A stretch of DNA of 64,000 bases from the human T2T-CHM13v2.0 reference genome, Homo sapiens (GCF_009914755.1 NC_060937.1); one strand, 5' to 3'. Counted from the first letter of the stretch, positions 1-14,130 are shown. Notes: a model not told the origin generated them from the sequence alone. Translations and numbers: made by a program.

Positions 1-179
1 GCTTAAAATTTATATAGTTTAAGGCACCTAAAGTTGCATTAAATCAGAATTATAAATTGCTATACGAATCTTTTGATATGACACTTAAGGGTTTTTTCCT
101 AAATTCAATAAATTAAAATAAATTTTAGAAATTTCAGTGAAAATAATGAGGCATAAGTAAATAATTCAAAATTCCCTTT

Positions 180-1621
180 ATTATTTTTAATTTTTAAATT
201 TTAGATTAAAGAGGTACATGTTCTTATTTGTTATATGGGCATATTGCATACTGGTGAAGATCGGCCTTCTAGTATCCCATTACCCAGATAGCGAACATTG
301 TACCCAATATGTAATTTTCAACCCTCTCCCCTCTCCCGCCCTTTTGGAGTCCCCAGTATCTATTTTCATTGTCATGTCCATATGTACACATTCTTTAGCT
401 CCTACTTATAGTCCTCACTTATAAGTGAAAACATGTAGTATTTGGTTTACTATTTTTGAGTTTGTTCACTTAAGTTAATGGTCTCCAGCTCTATCCATCT
501 TGCTGCAAAGGACATAATTTTATTTTTTTTATGGCTCTGTAGTATTCATAGTGTGTGTATACACACATATATGCATATATACACATTGTATATATATATG
601 TTTGTGTACATATATATCACATGTGATATCACATGTGATATATATATATATAGATATGACATTTTCTTTTTCTAGTTAACTGTTGATGGACACTTAGGTT
701 GGTTCCATGACTTTGCTATTGTGAATAGTACTGCGATGAACATACGAGTACAGGTATCCTTTGATATAATGATGTCTTTGAGTAAATGATTTTCCTTTGA
801 GTAAAAGGAGTATAAATCATATCAAAAGGACACCTAGGATTTCTGGGTTGAATGGCAGATCTATTTTTAGTTCTTTGAGAAATCACTATACTATTTTCCA
901 TAAAAGTTGAACAAATTTACATTCCCACCAACAATGTATGAGCATTCCCTTTTCTCTGTATCCATGCCAACATCTATTGTTCTTTTACTTTTTAGTAAAA
1001 GCCATTCTGACTGGTGTAAGATGATATCTCATTGTGCCTTTAATTTGTATTTCTCTGATGATTCATGATATTGAGCATCTTTTTTTAGTATGTTTGTTGG
1101 CTCCTGCTTACATTTCTTCTTTTGAGGAATATCTATTTGGGTACTTTGTGCTGCTTTTAATGGGGTTGTTTGCTTTTTTCTTCTTGAGTTGTTTTCCTTC
1201 CTTATAGATTCTGGATATTAGTCCTTTGTCAGAGGCATAATTTACAAATATTTTCTCCCATTCTGTAGGTTGTTTATTCTGTTGATTGTTTATTTCGCTG
1301 TGCAGAAGCTTTTTAGTTTATCTCGCAATTACCTATTTTGTTTTTGTTGCATTTGCTTTTGGGGTTTAGGAATCATAAATTCCTTGCCTAGGCCAATGAA
1401 CAGAAGAATGTTTCCTAGGTTTTCTTCTAGGAATTTTATAGTTTCAGGTCTTACATTTAAGTTTTTTAATGCATCTCGAGTTAATTTTTGTACATGGTGA
1501 AAAACAAGGGTCATTTCATTCTTTTGCATATGGCTACCTAATTTTCCTGGTGCCATTTATTGAATAGGGTGTCCTTGCCCCATCGTTTATTTTTTGTCAA
1601 TTTAATTGCAGATCAGTTGGT
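180..1621 (-). mobile_element. 5'-truncated LINE-1 (L1PB4/L1MA1-like 3' end and ORF2 C-terminal region)
   Basis: T-rich tail at the left and an L1PB/MA-type 3'UTR. ORF 1329..1556(-) contains [16 protein letters not shown], an L1 ORF2 motif. Confidence 0.9.
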
Positions 1622-1912
1622 CACAGGGAAATGGATACACAGACCAATGGAATTGAACAAAATTATTTTTAATCTGATGGAAAACCTGACATTTCTCATC
1701 AAGAATGAATGTGTCAAAATCAATATGGGCATGTTAATGAAGTAAAAGTGTTCAGAGAGAAAGTTTTACTGTTTTTATTAACATGGAATAAAGAACTGTC
1801 ACAATGAAGCAAATAGTCTTACATATAATATACATAAGAAAATGGAGAGGAAAGATCTGATGATAACGAGAGTATTACTAGAGCATGTATGGATGGAAAA
1901 TACAAAGGAAGC

Positions 1913-2540
1913 TGTTGCCCAAAAGACCACCAGGATGGCTATATAGTAGAAAAGGGAGCTTTTTTGCAATATAGGTTTGCAAGCCTGGAAGAAAAAGTTT
2001 CCACTGTGCACCATAGGTGTTCTCTTTTTGAAGAATGGAAAGAAAAGTTGGGTTTTATGTCACACAGGGCCTGCATCACATATTTTCAGAAGCTTTGGGG
2101 GAAAAGCTATACATATTTATGAGAGGAGCAGTGTGCATGAATAATGGATAAACATGCATGTACCATACATCTCATTTTCACTTTAGAGTTGGTTTAGCAA
2201 TAAAATGATGTGGAATATGGCTCTTTACATCAAAAGGTGAACTATAAAATACAATGATGGTTTGCGTGCAGCCTCTGTAAACTGGCTGACACTGGCTTAA
2301 GGTCCAAATTACTTATCAGGGAAGAATATTTGTGGGGCCAGTTTTCTGTCAAATCAGAGTTTTAGTGGTCCACGTTGTAAATCACACTTAGGATAATTTG
2401 TCTGATCTCTCCTATTGTTAGGGAGTTTAGTGAGAATTTAGAAATTTGCCATGCCTGCGAGGCCTTGAACCCTTGACCCATAGGTAACTTTTTTTTAACC
2501 TTAGGGTCTATCTTAGTTGATAAAGGTCTCCCATTTCACA
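1913..2540 (-). mobile_element. ERV1 solo LTR, MER39/MER34-like
   Basis: TG..CA ends. The reverse complement begins ...tttatcaactaagatagaccctaaggttaa...gttacctatgggtcaagggttc, matching the recalled MER39 5' end. Confidence 0.7.
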
Positions 2541-2579
2541 AGAAAATAACACTACACACATTTAATTTTTTTTTTTTTT

Positions 2580-2950
2580 TGCTAAGGACCAAATGTTTGT
2601 GTCTCCCCAAAATTTACACATTGATATGCTAGCCCTTTAATGTGATGGTATCAGAAGATGGGAGCTTTGGGAGATAATTAGGTCATAAAAATACAATCTT
2701 TCATGAAAGAGAACAGTGCCCTTGTAAAGGAGACCCAAGAGAGCTCCTCTATTCCTTGCCTTCTGCCATGTGGGAACACAGATAGAAGATGGTCGTCTAT
2801 GAACCAGGAAGTTGGCCCTTACCAGAACTCGACCACAATGGCATCCTGATTTTAAATTTCCAGCCTTCAAAATTGTGAGAAATAAATTTCTGTTGTTAGA
2901 AGCCACACAGTCTAAGGTATTTTGTTGCAGCAACACAAATTGACTAAGAT
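2580..2950 (+). mobile_element. MaLR LTR, MLT1A0-like
   Basis: Starts aatgtttgtgtctccccaaaatt and ends gagaaataaatttctgttgtt..agccacacagtcta..gactaaga. Confidence 0.85.
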
Positions 2951-4629
2951 AATATTAAACTTCTGCTTATGGTCTACTTTTAGCAACCAAAACTCAAAAG
3001 CAATCTATTAAAAAAATGATTTTTAGTTTAACATTGTTTCTCTTCCTTCTGATAGACCATTAATAGTTTGATTGAATGTTAATTCCTTTAACTTATATTT
3101 CATAAGCTAAAATAAGTTTAGCACAAAATAATTTTTGCATGAATAAAGCAATGCTTATTGAAAGCTTGCTTTCCATAAGACTTGATATCAGCGCTTTCAT
3201 TCTCAAATATGAGATACTGCCACACTGGATAATGAAGAGAAAGGAGCTTTGAAATTCATTATTTCACACTTTCAAAAATTGCATGTAACTTCTACATTAG
3301 CCCATGACTAATGCATCTGAGAAAGCCTTTGTGTACTGGAGAGTTTAATGTTAGTCTTTTTACTACCTGATATTTGTAGCTGAAAATTTTTTTTTCAAGT
3401 AGAATTTTTTGGAGATGTATATCAACTGATAGAAGTATGCAAAGTTGCTGACCTTCTAAAATTGTAAGACAGGCCTTAATAAAATATCTTAACGATATTG
3501 TTTAATTCAACACTAAATTAATTAATTTAAAATATTGAACTTTTAAATAAATAAATATATACGTATTATATATTATTAGATTACATATAATAAACTATAT
3601 TTTATATACTATTTATTATTGTATATATAATAATTTCAAGCATAGCTCTTCAAATGACACCAATAGACTTTTGAAAGCATTAAAAATGTATCATAAACTT
3701 GAAATACATGTGTCAACATTATAGGTAATATAGTTTTAGGCATTTTAACATTTAGCACAATACAAAACAGAAACAAGGCTCAATGAAATAAGATTCTTTA
3801 GAATATCTTTCTAATCTGAGTTAAAGTCATCAAAGAAGATGCCCCTGGGCCTAATCTCTCAGTGTAACAACACTTGAAAGATTCTTTAATTCAGAATTTT
3901 ATGAACTCAGAGGATGTTTAAAAGAAAATAACTAAATCATTGTTTTGCAATTTTTATGTTATTTTTAACACAGAATTTACTTAAAATAAACACATATAAT
4001 CTTTAAAAGATGTAAAGTATATTTCTAAGACCTTTATATCTTCCATCTTTAGAGAAATATTGAAAATGTGGCTAACTGAAAAGTTTATTTTACTTTCTAT
4101 TTTTCTTTTTTGTTTGTTTTGTTTAGTAGCTGCTTACTTTTCTTATGTTCTGCGCAACTGTCAAGCAAAATGATGTTTTTAGGTTTTTATTATCAAGTCC
4201 ACTTTCTAGATTTCTGTTGACCCATGTGTCAAAGTTTAGTATATTTTTTATCATTTGTATGAACAGAGCATGTTTGATTTTGGCAATGAATCTGACAAAA
4301 TGCCATACATTATTTATTTATTCATAAGGAATGACTTTTCCTTCATTCATATTACTATGTACCTGTCTCTAATCTCAGTTCTACAATTACATATATAGGG
4401 TGATTTATTTCATAACATTGAGTATATTTTCTTCTACTTCTTTCTGTAAGAAGAATAGTTTCCTGATTGGGGAAGATAATTTTTTTTTAGCAGAAATACA
4501 AGATTCAGGAACATTCTATGTCACAACATTAATCATTCTTCAATAAAAAAATCAGAAATTTATTTTGGATGTGGTAGTTCATAATTGTTCATTTTCAGCC
4601 ACTTCATACTCAAATTTCTGTTTGCTACA

Positions 4630-7557
4630 TGTATTAGGCCATTTCTGAATTGCTATAAAGAAATAGCTGAGGCTGGGTAATTTATTTAAAACGGAGGTTT
4701 AATTGGCTCATGGTTCTGCAGGCTGTACAGGAAGCATTGCACTAGCATCTGCTTGACTTCTGATAAGGCCTCAGGGAGTTTTTGTTTTCAAGATGGAAGG
4801 CAAAGAGGAACAGGCATGTCACATAGCAAGAGAGTAAGAGACAGAAAGGGAGGTGCTAGGCTCCTTTGTAAACAACCAATCTCACATGAACTAATTGCTG
4901 TGGGGAGGGCACCAAGCCATTCATGAGGCTTGTGCCCCTATGACCCAAACACCTCCCACCAGGCCCCACCTCCAACACTGGAGATTACATTTCACCATAA
5001 AATTTGGAGAGGACAGACATCCAAACTATATTATTCCTCCCTATCTCCCTGAATCTCATGTTCTTCTCACCTTGCAAAATACAATCATGCCTTCCCAACA
5101 GTCCCTGAAAGTCTTAACTCATCCCAGCATTGCTCAAAAGTACCTGACAGAGCAGGAGCATCGCCGTCTTGGACAAGCCCCTCATTCTAAAGTTCACCTT
5201 AATAAAAAACTGCCTAAATCCAAAGGGCAGTAGCCTAATGGCTAATGTCAGCATGACCATTAACCAAAAATAACATCTCCAACCAGAAACATTCCAAACT
5301 CCTCCCCGACCAGCGACATGCTAGCCCTGAGATAAATCCCCCTCCGGCAGGGAAGATGCTAGCCCTGAGACAACCCCCATCCAAGCCCCTCTCTAGGCCG
5401 GAAAGATGTCTGCCCCAAGATAACCTCCCCTCCTCCCAGAAAGATTCCAACCCCACCATAAATTTCTCCACACACATAAACATTCCAAGCTTCTGATAAG
5501 CCCCCTTACCCTAAAACTGATATACTCTTAGTCTGTAAGAGAAAGTGCGCCTGACCGAAATCAGCCAGAAGCACCTCTCAGGTTTTATCTAAAGAAAACC
5601 TGTCTTTAATTGCCAGCTGCATTTCATGTTTATTTTCTCTTTAAGTCTTACAGTACAAAGTTCAAAGTCATCTGATAATCAAATCAAGTTCCTTCTGCCT
5701 ATGAGCATGTAAAATAAAAAACAAGTTATTTACTTCCAAGATGCAATAGTGATACAAGCATTGGGTAAACATTTCCATTCCAAAAGGGGATATTGGACAG
5801 AAAGAAGGGGCAATAGGCCCCACACACATCTGAAACCCAGCAGGGCAGACATTAAATCTTAAAGTTCCAAACTAATCTCCTTTGACTCCAAGTCCCACAT
5901 CTGGGGCACACTGGTGTGAGGGGTAGGCTCCCAAGGCCCCTGGGCAGCTCTGCCCCTAAGGCTTTGCATGGTGAAGTCCCTGCCCCAGCCTGTTCTTATG
6001 GGTTGGAGTTGAGTGCCTGTGGTTTTTCCAGGCTTAGGGTGCAAGCTGCCAGTGGCTCTACCCTTCTTGGGTCTGGTGGGTAGTGGCTGTCTTCCTCCAG
6101 TTCCACTAGCAGTGTCCTGGTGGGAACTCTCTGTGGGGGCTCCAAACCCTAATTTTCCCTAGGCACTGCCCTGGAAAAATTTCTCTGTGGGAGCTCCATC
6201 CTTATGGCAGGCTTCTCCTCAGACACCCAGGCTTTTCCATACTTCCTCTGAAATCTAGGGAGAAGCTGCCAAGGCTTCTTCACTTTCACACACCATCAGG
6301 CTTAACACCACGTGAAAACTGCCAAGGCTTACAGTGACTTGGCTCTATAAAGCAGCAGTCTGAGCTGTACCTGAGGACCTCTGAGCCATGGCTGGAGTTG
6401 GAGCTTCTGGAATGTGAGGATCAGTGCGCTGAGGCTAAGCAGGCAGTGGCGCCCTGGGCCTGGCCCTTGAAAACATTCTTTCTTCCTAGGCTTCTGGGCC
6501 TGTGATGGGAGGGGCTGCATCAATGATCTCTGGTGAAAAACCTGAAATGCCTTTAGGTTTTTCTCCATTGTCCTAAGTGTTAGCCCTTGGCTCCCTTTCA
6601 GTCATGCTAATTTCTCTAGCAAGTGGTTGCTCCCAGCCTGCCTCTATTTCTCTCCTGAAAATGCTTTATTTTTTCTGCCACATAACTCTGCTGCAAAATT
6701 TCTCAAACACTTAAGCTCTACTTCTCCTTTAAATATAAGTTCCAACTTTAAGTCATTTCTTTGCTGTCATATCTGATTATAGCCTATTAGAAGTAGCCAG
6801 ATAACATCTTGAATGCTTTGCTGTTAGTCAGATACCCTAGGTCATCAATTTTAAGTTCAAACTTCTGCAGGTTCCCTAGGGAACAAATACAATGCAGCCA
6901 AGTTCTTTGCAAGGGCATAATGAGGGTGACCCTAGTTCCCAATAACTTCCTTATTTCCATCTGAGACCTCATCAGTCTAGCATTCACTGTCCATATTTCT
7001 GTCAGCATTTTGGCCACAACCATGTATTTATTCACTAAGAACTTTCCCTCATCCTTCCACTTTCTTCTGATCCCTCAAAATTCTTCAAACCTCTACCTGT
7101 TACCCAGTTCCAAAGCCACATCTACACCTTTAGGTATTTGTATAGCAACACTGAGCTTACCAGTAGCAATTTTCTGTATTAGGATACTTTATTGCTATGA
7201 AGAAATACTTCAGGCTGGGTAATTTATAAGGAAAGAAGGTTTAATTGGCTTGTGGTTCTACAGGCTATACAGGAAGAATGGTGTCTGCATCTGCTCAGCT
7301 TCTGATGAGTCCTCAGGGAGTTTTACTTATGGCAGAAGGAAGCAGTCCTGTCAAATGGCAAGACAGGAGCAAGAGAGGGAGAGGGATACTTATTAAACAA
7401 GCAGATCTGGCATGAATTCATTACTGTGGGAAAGACAAGCCATTCATGAGGGAATCTACCCCAATGACCCAAACACCTCACAGCAGGCCCTACCTCCAAC
7501 GTTGGGGATTACATTTCAACATGAGATTTGGAGGGGACATACATCCAAGCTATGTCA
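4630..7557 (-). mobile_element. Complete MST (MSTA/MSTB) MaLR element, LTR-internal-LTR
   Basis: LTRs at about 4630-5032 and 7175-7557 both start tgtattagg. MST internal sequence lies between them. Flanks ctaca/gtaca fit a 5-bp TSD with 1 mismatch. Confidence 0.9.
5145..5652 (+). mobile_element. ERV1 solo LTR19-like element nested in the MST internal region
   Basis: Runs tgacagagcaggagcatcgcc...tcttaca, flanked by gtacc/gtaca. MST-int sequence resumes on both sides. Confidence 0.8.
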
Positions 7558-7765
7558 GTACAATCTGATGAAAATCATGATGTAGAAACATTTATTTAAA
7601 TGTATGTTTAACTATTGAAAAATGTATTACATATCAATTCTATTGCTAAGTGTTTAACTTGTTACTAATATACTTCCAATTTTATTTAGATTGGCATATT
7701 AATTTCCCTGTTATCAAGATATTATGAAGTTCAGAGATTTATTATTAAGAGGTCATAAAGTAAGC

Positions 7766-8318
7766 GTATTTGTTTTCTGGTGCTGCTGTAATCAATTTTC
7801 ACAAACTTTGTCACTTAAAACATGCATTTATTTTCTTACAGTTTCATAGGTAAGAAGTAGGGTTGCAGAGAGACTTGCTGGGCTGTCTACTTAGAGCCTC
7901 ACAAAATTGTGTTTCCTTCTGAAAGCCCTACTGCCAAATCTGCTTCGTTTCTATTGTTGGCCAGATTCAGTTCCATGTGCAGTTGTGGAACTTAGGTTCC
8001 ATTTCCTTGATGATTGCCAGCTGGAGCCTTTCTTAGACTCTTAAGACATTTTTGCCCCATCCATTTTAAAATCAGTAATAATGGGTTGACTCCTTCTCAT
8101 TCCAAATTTCTTTGACTTTTCTTTCTGCTGCATCTCTCTGACTCCAGCCAAGAAAGTTATCTGCTTTTGAGAACCCATCTGATTAGTTTGGGCTAGCATG
8201 AATGATAGATAATCCAGGATAATCTCCCCATTTTTAAGCCTACAAATCTAATCATATTTTCCAAGATTCCAGGGATTAGCATGTAGGTTTTTTTCTTGGA
8301 GTCATTCTGCCTACCAGA
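7766..8318 (-). mobile_element. MaLR LTR, MLT1D/E-like
   Basis: gctgctgtaa..acaaact..cttaaaacatgcatttattttcttacagtt, ending attctgcctacca. Confidence 0.75.
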
Positions 8319-9080
8319 ATTAGTACATAACCTAGCTGGAATTGTATCTTGCTTTCTGATGAAAAAGCACTGGCCTCACTAGGAAGGGAATATTTTCTGA
8401 AATTTTAGGAGCCATCTAGTTTTGCTCATTATCATGAAGAAATTAATCCTTCACCTTAAATTTCTGGAACTGAGAAGAGCAGCAATGTTGTAAAATGGCT
8501 TTGGGGCTAACTACATTTATCTACCTTTCATTCTCCTTGGCTCACTTTTGTGTTTCAAGCAAATTACCCTGGCACTGAGAGAGTGCAAGAAGCCAATTGG
8601 ACAAATCTGAGGGAGAGAAAAAGATGAAAATGGAAACAGAGACCAAATTTTATGATTTCTCACAACCTTTGATTTAGAATAAATTTTTTTTTTTAGCTTA
8701 AGAGCATTATTTTCCCACTATGGATACAGATAATTCACAATAGAGATAGTTACCAGTCTATGTCTTGATTTCATAGTCCTAATCATTATACATAAAGTTA
8801 GTAAAGTAGGGTTAGGTTTCAAGTTCCATTATCCCAGAATGGATGTAATAAAGCAGTAGCCCCAATGTGGAAATTCATTTCAGTCATTTTTAAGTGCTAT
8901 CCCTTACGACCTGTAGCTAAGATGAGGGTTAGATTTAACTTCAAATCAGGGATACTTATTTTCTTTCCTTTGTTGGTCTCTTTTTTTTCTGAGACATGGT
9001 CATAGAAAGAATAGCTTAATTATTATTTTATCAAAAAGAATATTGGGCCCAATGTTCAACAGATTAATAATTAGAATATG

Positions 9081-9457
9081 TGATATGGTTTGGATTTGTG
9101 TCCCCACCCAAATCTCATGTTGAATTGTAACCCCCAGTGTTGGAGGAGGGGCCTGGTGGGAGGTGATTGGATCTTGGGGGTGAATTTTCCCCTTGCTGTC
9201 CTTGTGATAGTGAGTTCTTATGAGATCTGGCTGTTTAAGTGTGTGGCACCTCCTCCTCTCTCTCTCATCTTCCTGCTCCAGCCATGTAAGTCCTGCCTCC
9301 TTCCTCTTTTCCTTCTGCCATGATTGTAAGTTTTCTGATGCCTCCCAGCCATGCTTCCTGTCAGCCTGTGGAACCCTCAGCAAATTAAACCTCTTTTCTT
9401 TATAAATTACTCAGCCTCAGGTAGTTCATTATAGCAATGTGAGAACAGACTAACAAA
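9081..9457 (+). mobile_element. MSTA solo LTR
   Basis: tgatatggtttggatttgtgtccccacccaaatctcatg ... gagaacagactaa. Flanks atatg/ataag. Confidence 0.9.
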
Positions 9458-9789
9458 ATAAGCTTTAGTAGAATGTTTTCAATCAATAGAAAAATATATT
9501 TTGTTTATTACATGTGTAAAACAAAACATATACACTATCTAATCCCTTATTACTAATATATCTATTGTTTATGTTTTACACATAGGAAATACTATAACAA
9601 TGTTTGACAGCGACAAATTTCAATTTATAGCAGAGTGACTTTTTTATGGTTAAACTTCCAAATTTAGAAGAACTTTAAAACTATTTAAGATATAAAATGC
9701 AGCTTTCAAGCTATAATATAATCTCAAAGCCAGTACTAAAACACACATTATCACATACAGAAATTAACTAGAGAAAAAATACACTTTTA

Positions 9790-9917
9790 AAAAGTTGTAT
9801 TTCTAATTGGCAAAAAATTGTACATATTTATGGTATACAATTTGATGTTTCAATACATGTATACATTTTGTAACTACCAAATCAAGATAATTGGTGTATT
9901 CATCACCTTAAACATTT
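9790..9917 (-). mobile_element. L1MA 3' end fragment
   Basis: aattgtacatatttatggtatacaa..tgatgttt..catcaccttaaacattt. Confidence 0.7.
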
Positions 9918-9959
9918 GAGACAAAATAATTTTTTTTAAAAAATCATATTGCAAAATTT

Positions 9960-11595
9960 CGGTTCCAAATCTAGCTATATCACTTTTGTAACATATGAAT
10001 AATCTTAGTAATTCAATAAAAAGAAAGTATAAAAGAGATCTAAATTACTTTCAAATCCATGTATATACAGCAAAAAGTGGAAAATACATACTATTCAAAC
10101 AGTAAGCATAAAAGAGCTAGAATATATTGATGACAGACAAAACAAATTTTAAAATATGAAATATTAATTTAAAAAGAAAATTCTTAATGGTAAATGAATA
10201 CATATTGAAGGATGATATAACATTTATAAATGCATATGCAACTAATTACAGAGTACCAAAATTCTTGAAGTAAACCTCATAGAGTAGAAAAGAGAATTAT
10301 GGATAATTATAATCTCATATTTCAATAGCTTTATTTCATAACTAAAAGAACAAGAAGATAATATATTTCTAAGGGCATAAGAGATTAGAGCAACATTTAA
10401 AACTAAACTGACCTAATTAACAACTATAAAATATTCTAACAACTTCAGGATGTATAGTTGTTCAAGTGAGCATGGTCCATTAACAAATATAAACCACATG
10501 CTGTCATAAAATAAGTTCTATTAAATTTGAAGGATTTAAATTTTATGATCTCTGACCACAATGGATTTGAATTACAAATTAATGACAGGAGGAAATTTAG
10601 GAAATCCACAGATATATGGAAATTAAAACATTTGTAAATAAACCACAGGTAAAAAAATAGAAGAAATTAGAAAAATATGTTGAATTAAGTAAGTAAAGAC
10701 AACTTGGAAACTTACAGCATTTAATGTTTCTATTATGAATAACAGTAGCTTGAAGTCAGTACTCTAAGCTTCATCATAAAAATTTTAAGAAAGAAGAACA
10801 AATTAAACCCTAAGATAAGCAGATAGAAGAAAGGAAATAATAAAGATCAAGTTAGAAATTGATAAAAAAGAAACAGAAGCAATTAATAAGACAAACATAT
10901 ACCAGTGAAACTCAAAATGGTTCTTTAAGAAACATTAATAAATTAAACAAAAGTTTGACTAAATATCAGTTATTTTACTGATATCAGAATAAAAGTGAGG
11001 ACCTCACTACAGAGCCAATGGCCATTAGTTGGTAAATAAATATGTTAAAAAAAGTTTTTATGATAATTAACGTTGCAACAACTGCTTCAAGAAGAGAGAG
11101 AAGACTTAAATAGTCCTATATCAATTAAATCAATTTAATTACTTAACTCAAAAGCACCCCACAAAGTAAAATCTAGTTCTAACTGTATCACTGGTGAATT
11201 TTTCAAATCTTTTATATATGAATTTTTTCCAATCTTCCCTAATTACTATTTTCAAATACTAATAGAGAAAGAAGCTTCTCAGCTTAAGAGAAAAATGTTA
11301 CCCTGATATCAAAGCCAGTGAATGACATCAAACAAAAAGAAAATAGAGTCTAATATCTTTCATGAAGATGAAAAATCATTAACAAAATACTAGGCAATAA
11401 AATTCATTCATACATACAAAAGAAAAATAGAACACAATCAAGGGGCATAGGGTAACATTTGGGGAGGAGAAATGTTCTAAAAACTAATTTTGGTGTTGTT
11501 GCATCACTGTACACATTTGCAAAATACACAGGATTGTTTCCTTAGAATATGTGGTTTTGGTTTTATATAAAATTGCACTTCAAACTAATAAAAAT
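9960..11595 (+). mobile_element. Ancient L1M (L1ME-like) ORF2 fragment and 3' end
   Basis: A-rich degenerate ORF2 sequence (ctctgaccacaatgga..aattacaaattaa; tcactggtgaatt) followed by an L1M-type 3'UTR. Confidence 0.7.
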
Positions 11596-11639
11596 CTTTA
11601 TAACTACCTAATCAGTAATTATAATATTTTTATTTATAT

Positions 11640-11945
11640 ATTTTATGTATTTATTGAGACCAGATCTTGCTCTGTCGCTCAGGCTGGAGTGCAATGGGGT
11701 GATTATAGTTCACTACAGCCTTGAACTCCTAGGCTCAAGCAATGGTCCCACCTTAGCCTCCCAAATAGCTAAGACTACAGGTGCATGCCACCATGCCAAG
11801 GTAATTTTTAATTTTTTTTTTTCTGGTTGAGATGAGGGTCTCACTATACTGCTCAGGCTGATCTCAAACTCCTGGCCTCAAGTGATCTTTCCCTCTTGGC
11901 ATCCCAAAGCACTGGAATTACAGGTGTGAGCCACAGTGCCCAGCC
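11640..11945 (-). mobile_element. AluJ
   Basis: Dimeric Alu with J-type features (cactacagccttgaactcctaggctcaagc). Confidence 0.9.
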
Positions 11946-13854
11946 CTAATAATTTAAATAGTTTTGAATTTATCATTTTGTTGAGAATTATGGTTAATAC
12001 CCAGGATGCTTAATGTCATAATTTGTCCAACCTTATAAAAGGTACAACATGGTATAACATGGTAATATATACATTTGTCATTTAAGGAAACTGATACTTC
12101 AATTAAAAGAAATGATTTTTTCAAACAAAGCAAAATAAAAGATATGCTGATAACAAGAAAAAATTTATAAGACACAGAAAAATTAAAAGAATGATGATGT
12201 AGATTATAATATTTTTAGCAAATATTTATACTCTTTTTCCTTAAGCTTTATGATGATATTATACTTCTTATATCCATGATGTTGATCTTGCCATATTAGC
12301 TGTCATGGTCAATGCAATGTGCACGAATATGACTTTTGCTCCATCCAAGCAGTGGCTTTAAATACTTTTGACAAATTTAAGTAAATTTCAGGCAAAGCAA
12401 GTTTTAAGCTATAATTATTAGAAACAAAAACAGATAATTTACAATGATTAGAGTACCATTACACAAAAAGTCACGAAATTCTAGATTTGTAAAATCTAAT
12501 AACATGGTTTCACTAGATATGAACACATTCAGCAAAGTTCAAATGTAGGCCTACTCTACATTCATAATGGATGATATTAGCACCTACCTTTCAATTAATG
12601 ATCAAAAGAGCAGGAAAATTTAAGTAAGGATATAAAAGTTGTCACAAATTTGATTAAGAATATTTATGTCATTGATATAGATTAATAAAACAGAGCATTC
12701 AGCAATGACCAAAATACATCTTTCTTTCATCTAGTCAAAGATCGTTTAACAAAATTGGTCTTTTCTGGATCACAAAGCAGGACCTGGCGTTTCTCAAACG
12801 ATGTACATAATTCAGAGTAGATTTTCTGACTACAGTTGAAATCATAGTACATAAATAACAAGAACAATGATAAGTAAATACTCAGTTTCAGTTAAGATAC
12901 ACACTCTTAAATAATTCATTGGTCAAAGTAGAAATACAATGGAAATTAGAACATTTTAAAACTGAATAAACATAAAAGATGCACAGACTTGGGAAATATG
13001 ATTAAAACTGTGTTAATGGAGTGGTTAGAGAGAAAATTATGGTCTTAAGTGGATATATTAGAGGTAGGATGCATGAATATTCATCTCAAGACATTAGAAC
13101 ACAAATAGTATGTTAAACCAAAGAAATAAGAATAAAGAACATGCTGAAGATAAAAGCATAAATAAATGAAAAAATTAAACTATGTTGAAATAAACCAGCA
13201 AAGCTAGAAGCAGTTCTTTGAAACAATAAAATGTTTGTACTTCTAAGACGAGTAAAGGAAAAATATAGACAAAATATGCACTACCAGTGTTACAAAAAGA
13301 GGGGCTCCTCATTACAAATTATTCAGATATTAAGAATATATTAAAATATACCATTAACAACTTTATGTCGACTAATTTGACAGTGACTGAAATGGACCAC
13401 TTCCTAGAAACATACAAATTACCAAAAGTGACACAAGATGAAACTAAAATCTCATCACTATTAAATATATTAATTAGATTTATAATGAATATATTTACCG
13501 ATATAAACTTCCAGAATCAAAGAGATTTATTTACTGAACAATCCAAAATATTCTAGGAAAAAAAATACAACAAAACTTTGAACAACTCTTCCAGATACTC
13601 AAAAAAAAGAACACTACAAACTTGTTTAATGATGCCAGTATAAAATTAACAAGGAAGCATTATAATAGAAGGAAGATTACAGCACAATATCTCTCATTAT
13701 TATAAATGCAAAAAAACTAAACAAAAATTATTAACCAAATCCAGTAATATATGAAAGTACAATACATCATATAAAGTTGGATTCATCTTTGAAGTGTAAA
13801 GTTGGTTTATATATAATTCATTAATCCTATTACTTATTAATCCTATTACATTAT

Positions 13855-14086
13855 TAATCCTATCACTTTGGGAGACTGAGGTGGGAGGATTGCTTGAGAC
13901 TAAGAGTTTGAGACTAGCCTGGGCAAAATAGTGAGATCTCCATCTCTACCAAAAAAAATTAGCTACTCAATAGGCTGATATGGGACGATTACTTGAGCCC
14001 AGGAATTTAATGCTGCATGGGCTATGATGGTGCCATAATGCTCCATCCTGGGCAACACAGCAAGAGTCTGTCTGAAAAAGAAAAAG
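13855..14086 (+). mobile_element. Truncated, internally deleted AluJ
   Basis: cactttgggagactgaggtgggaggattgcttgag ... ctgggcaacacagcaagag plus A tail. Confidence 0.85.
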
Positions 14087-14100
14087 TACATGTGCACCAA

Positions 14101-14130
14101 AGAGAGACAGAGAGAGAGAGACAGAGAGAG
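14101..14130. repeat. (GA)n microsatellite
   Basis: agagagacagagagagagagacagagagag. Confidence 0.9.

Noticed and set aside
1621-1790. Possible third L1 5' inversion (sense cacagaccaatggaa)
   Set aside because: It is too degenerate to separate from an unrelated older L1 fragment, and there is no TSD.
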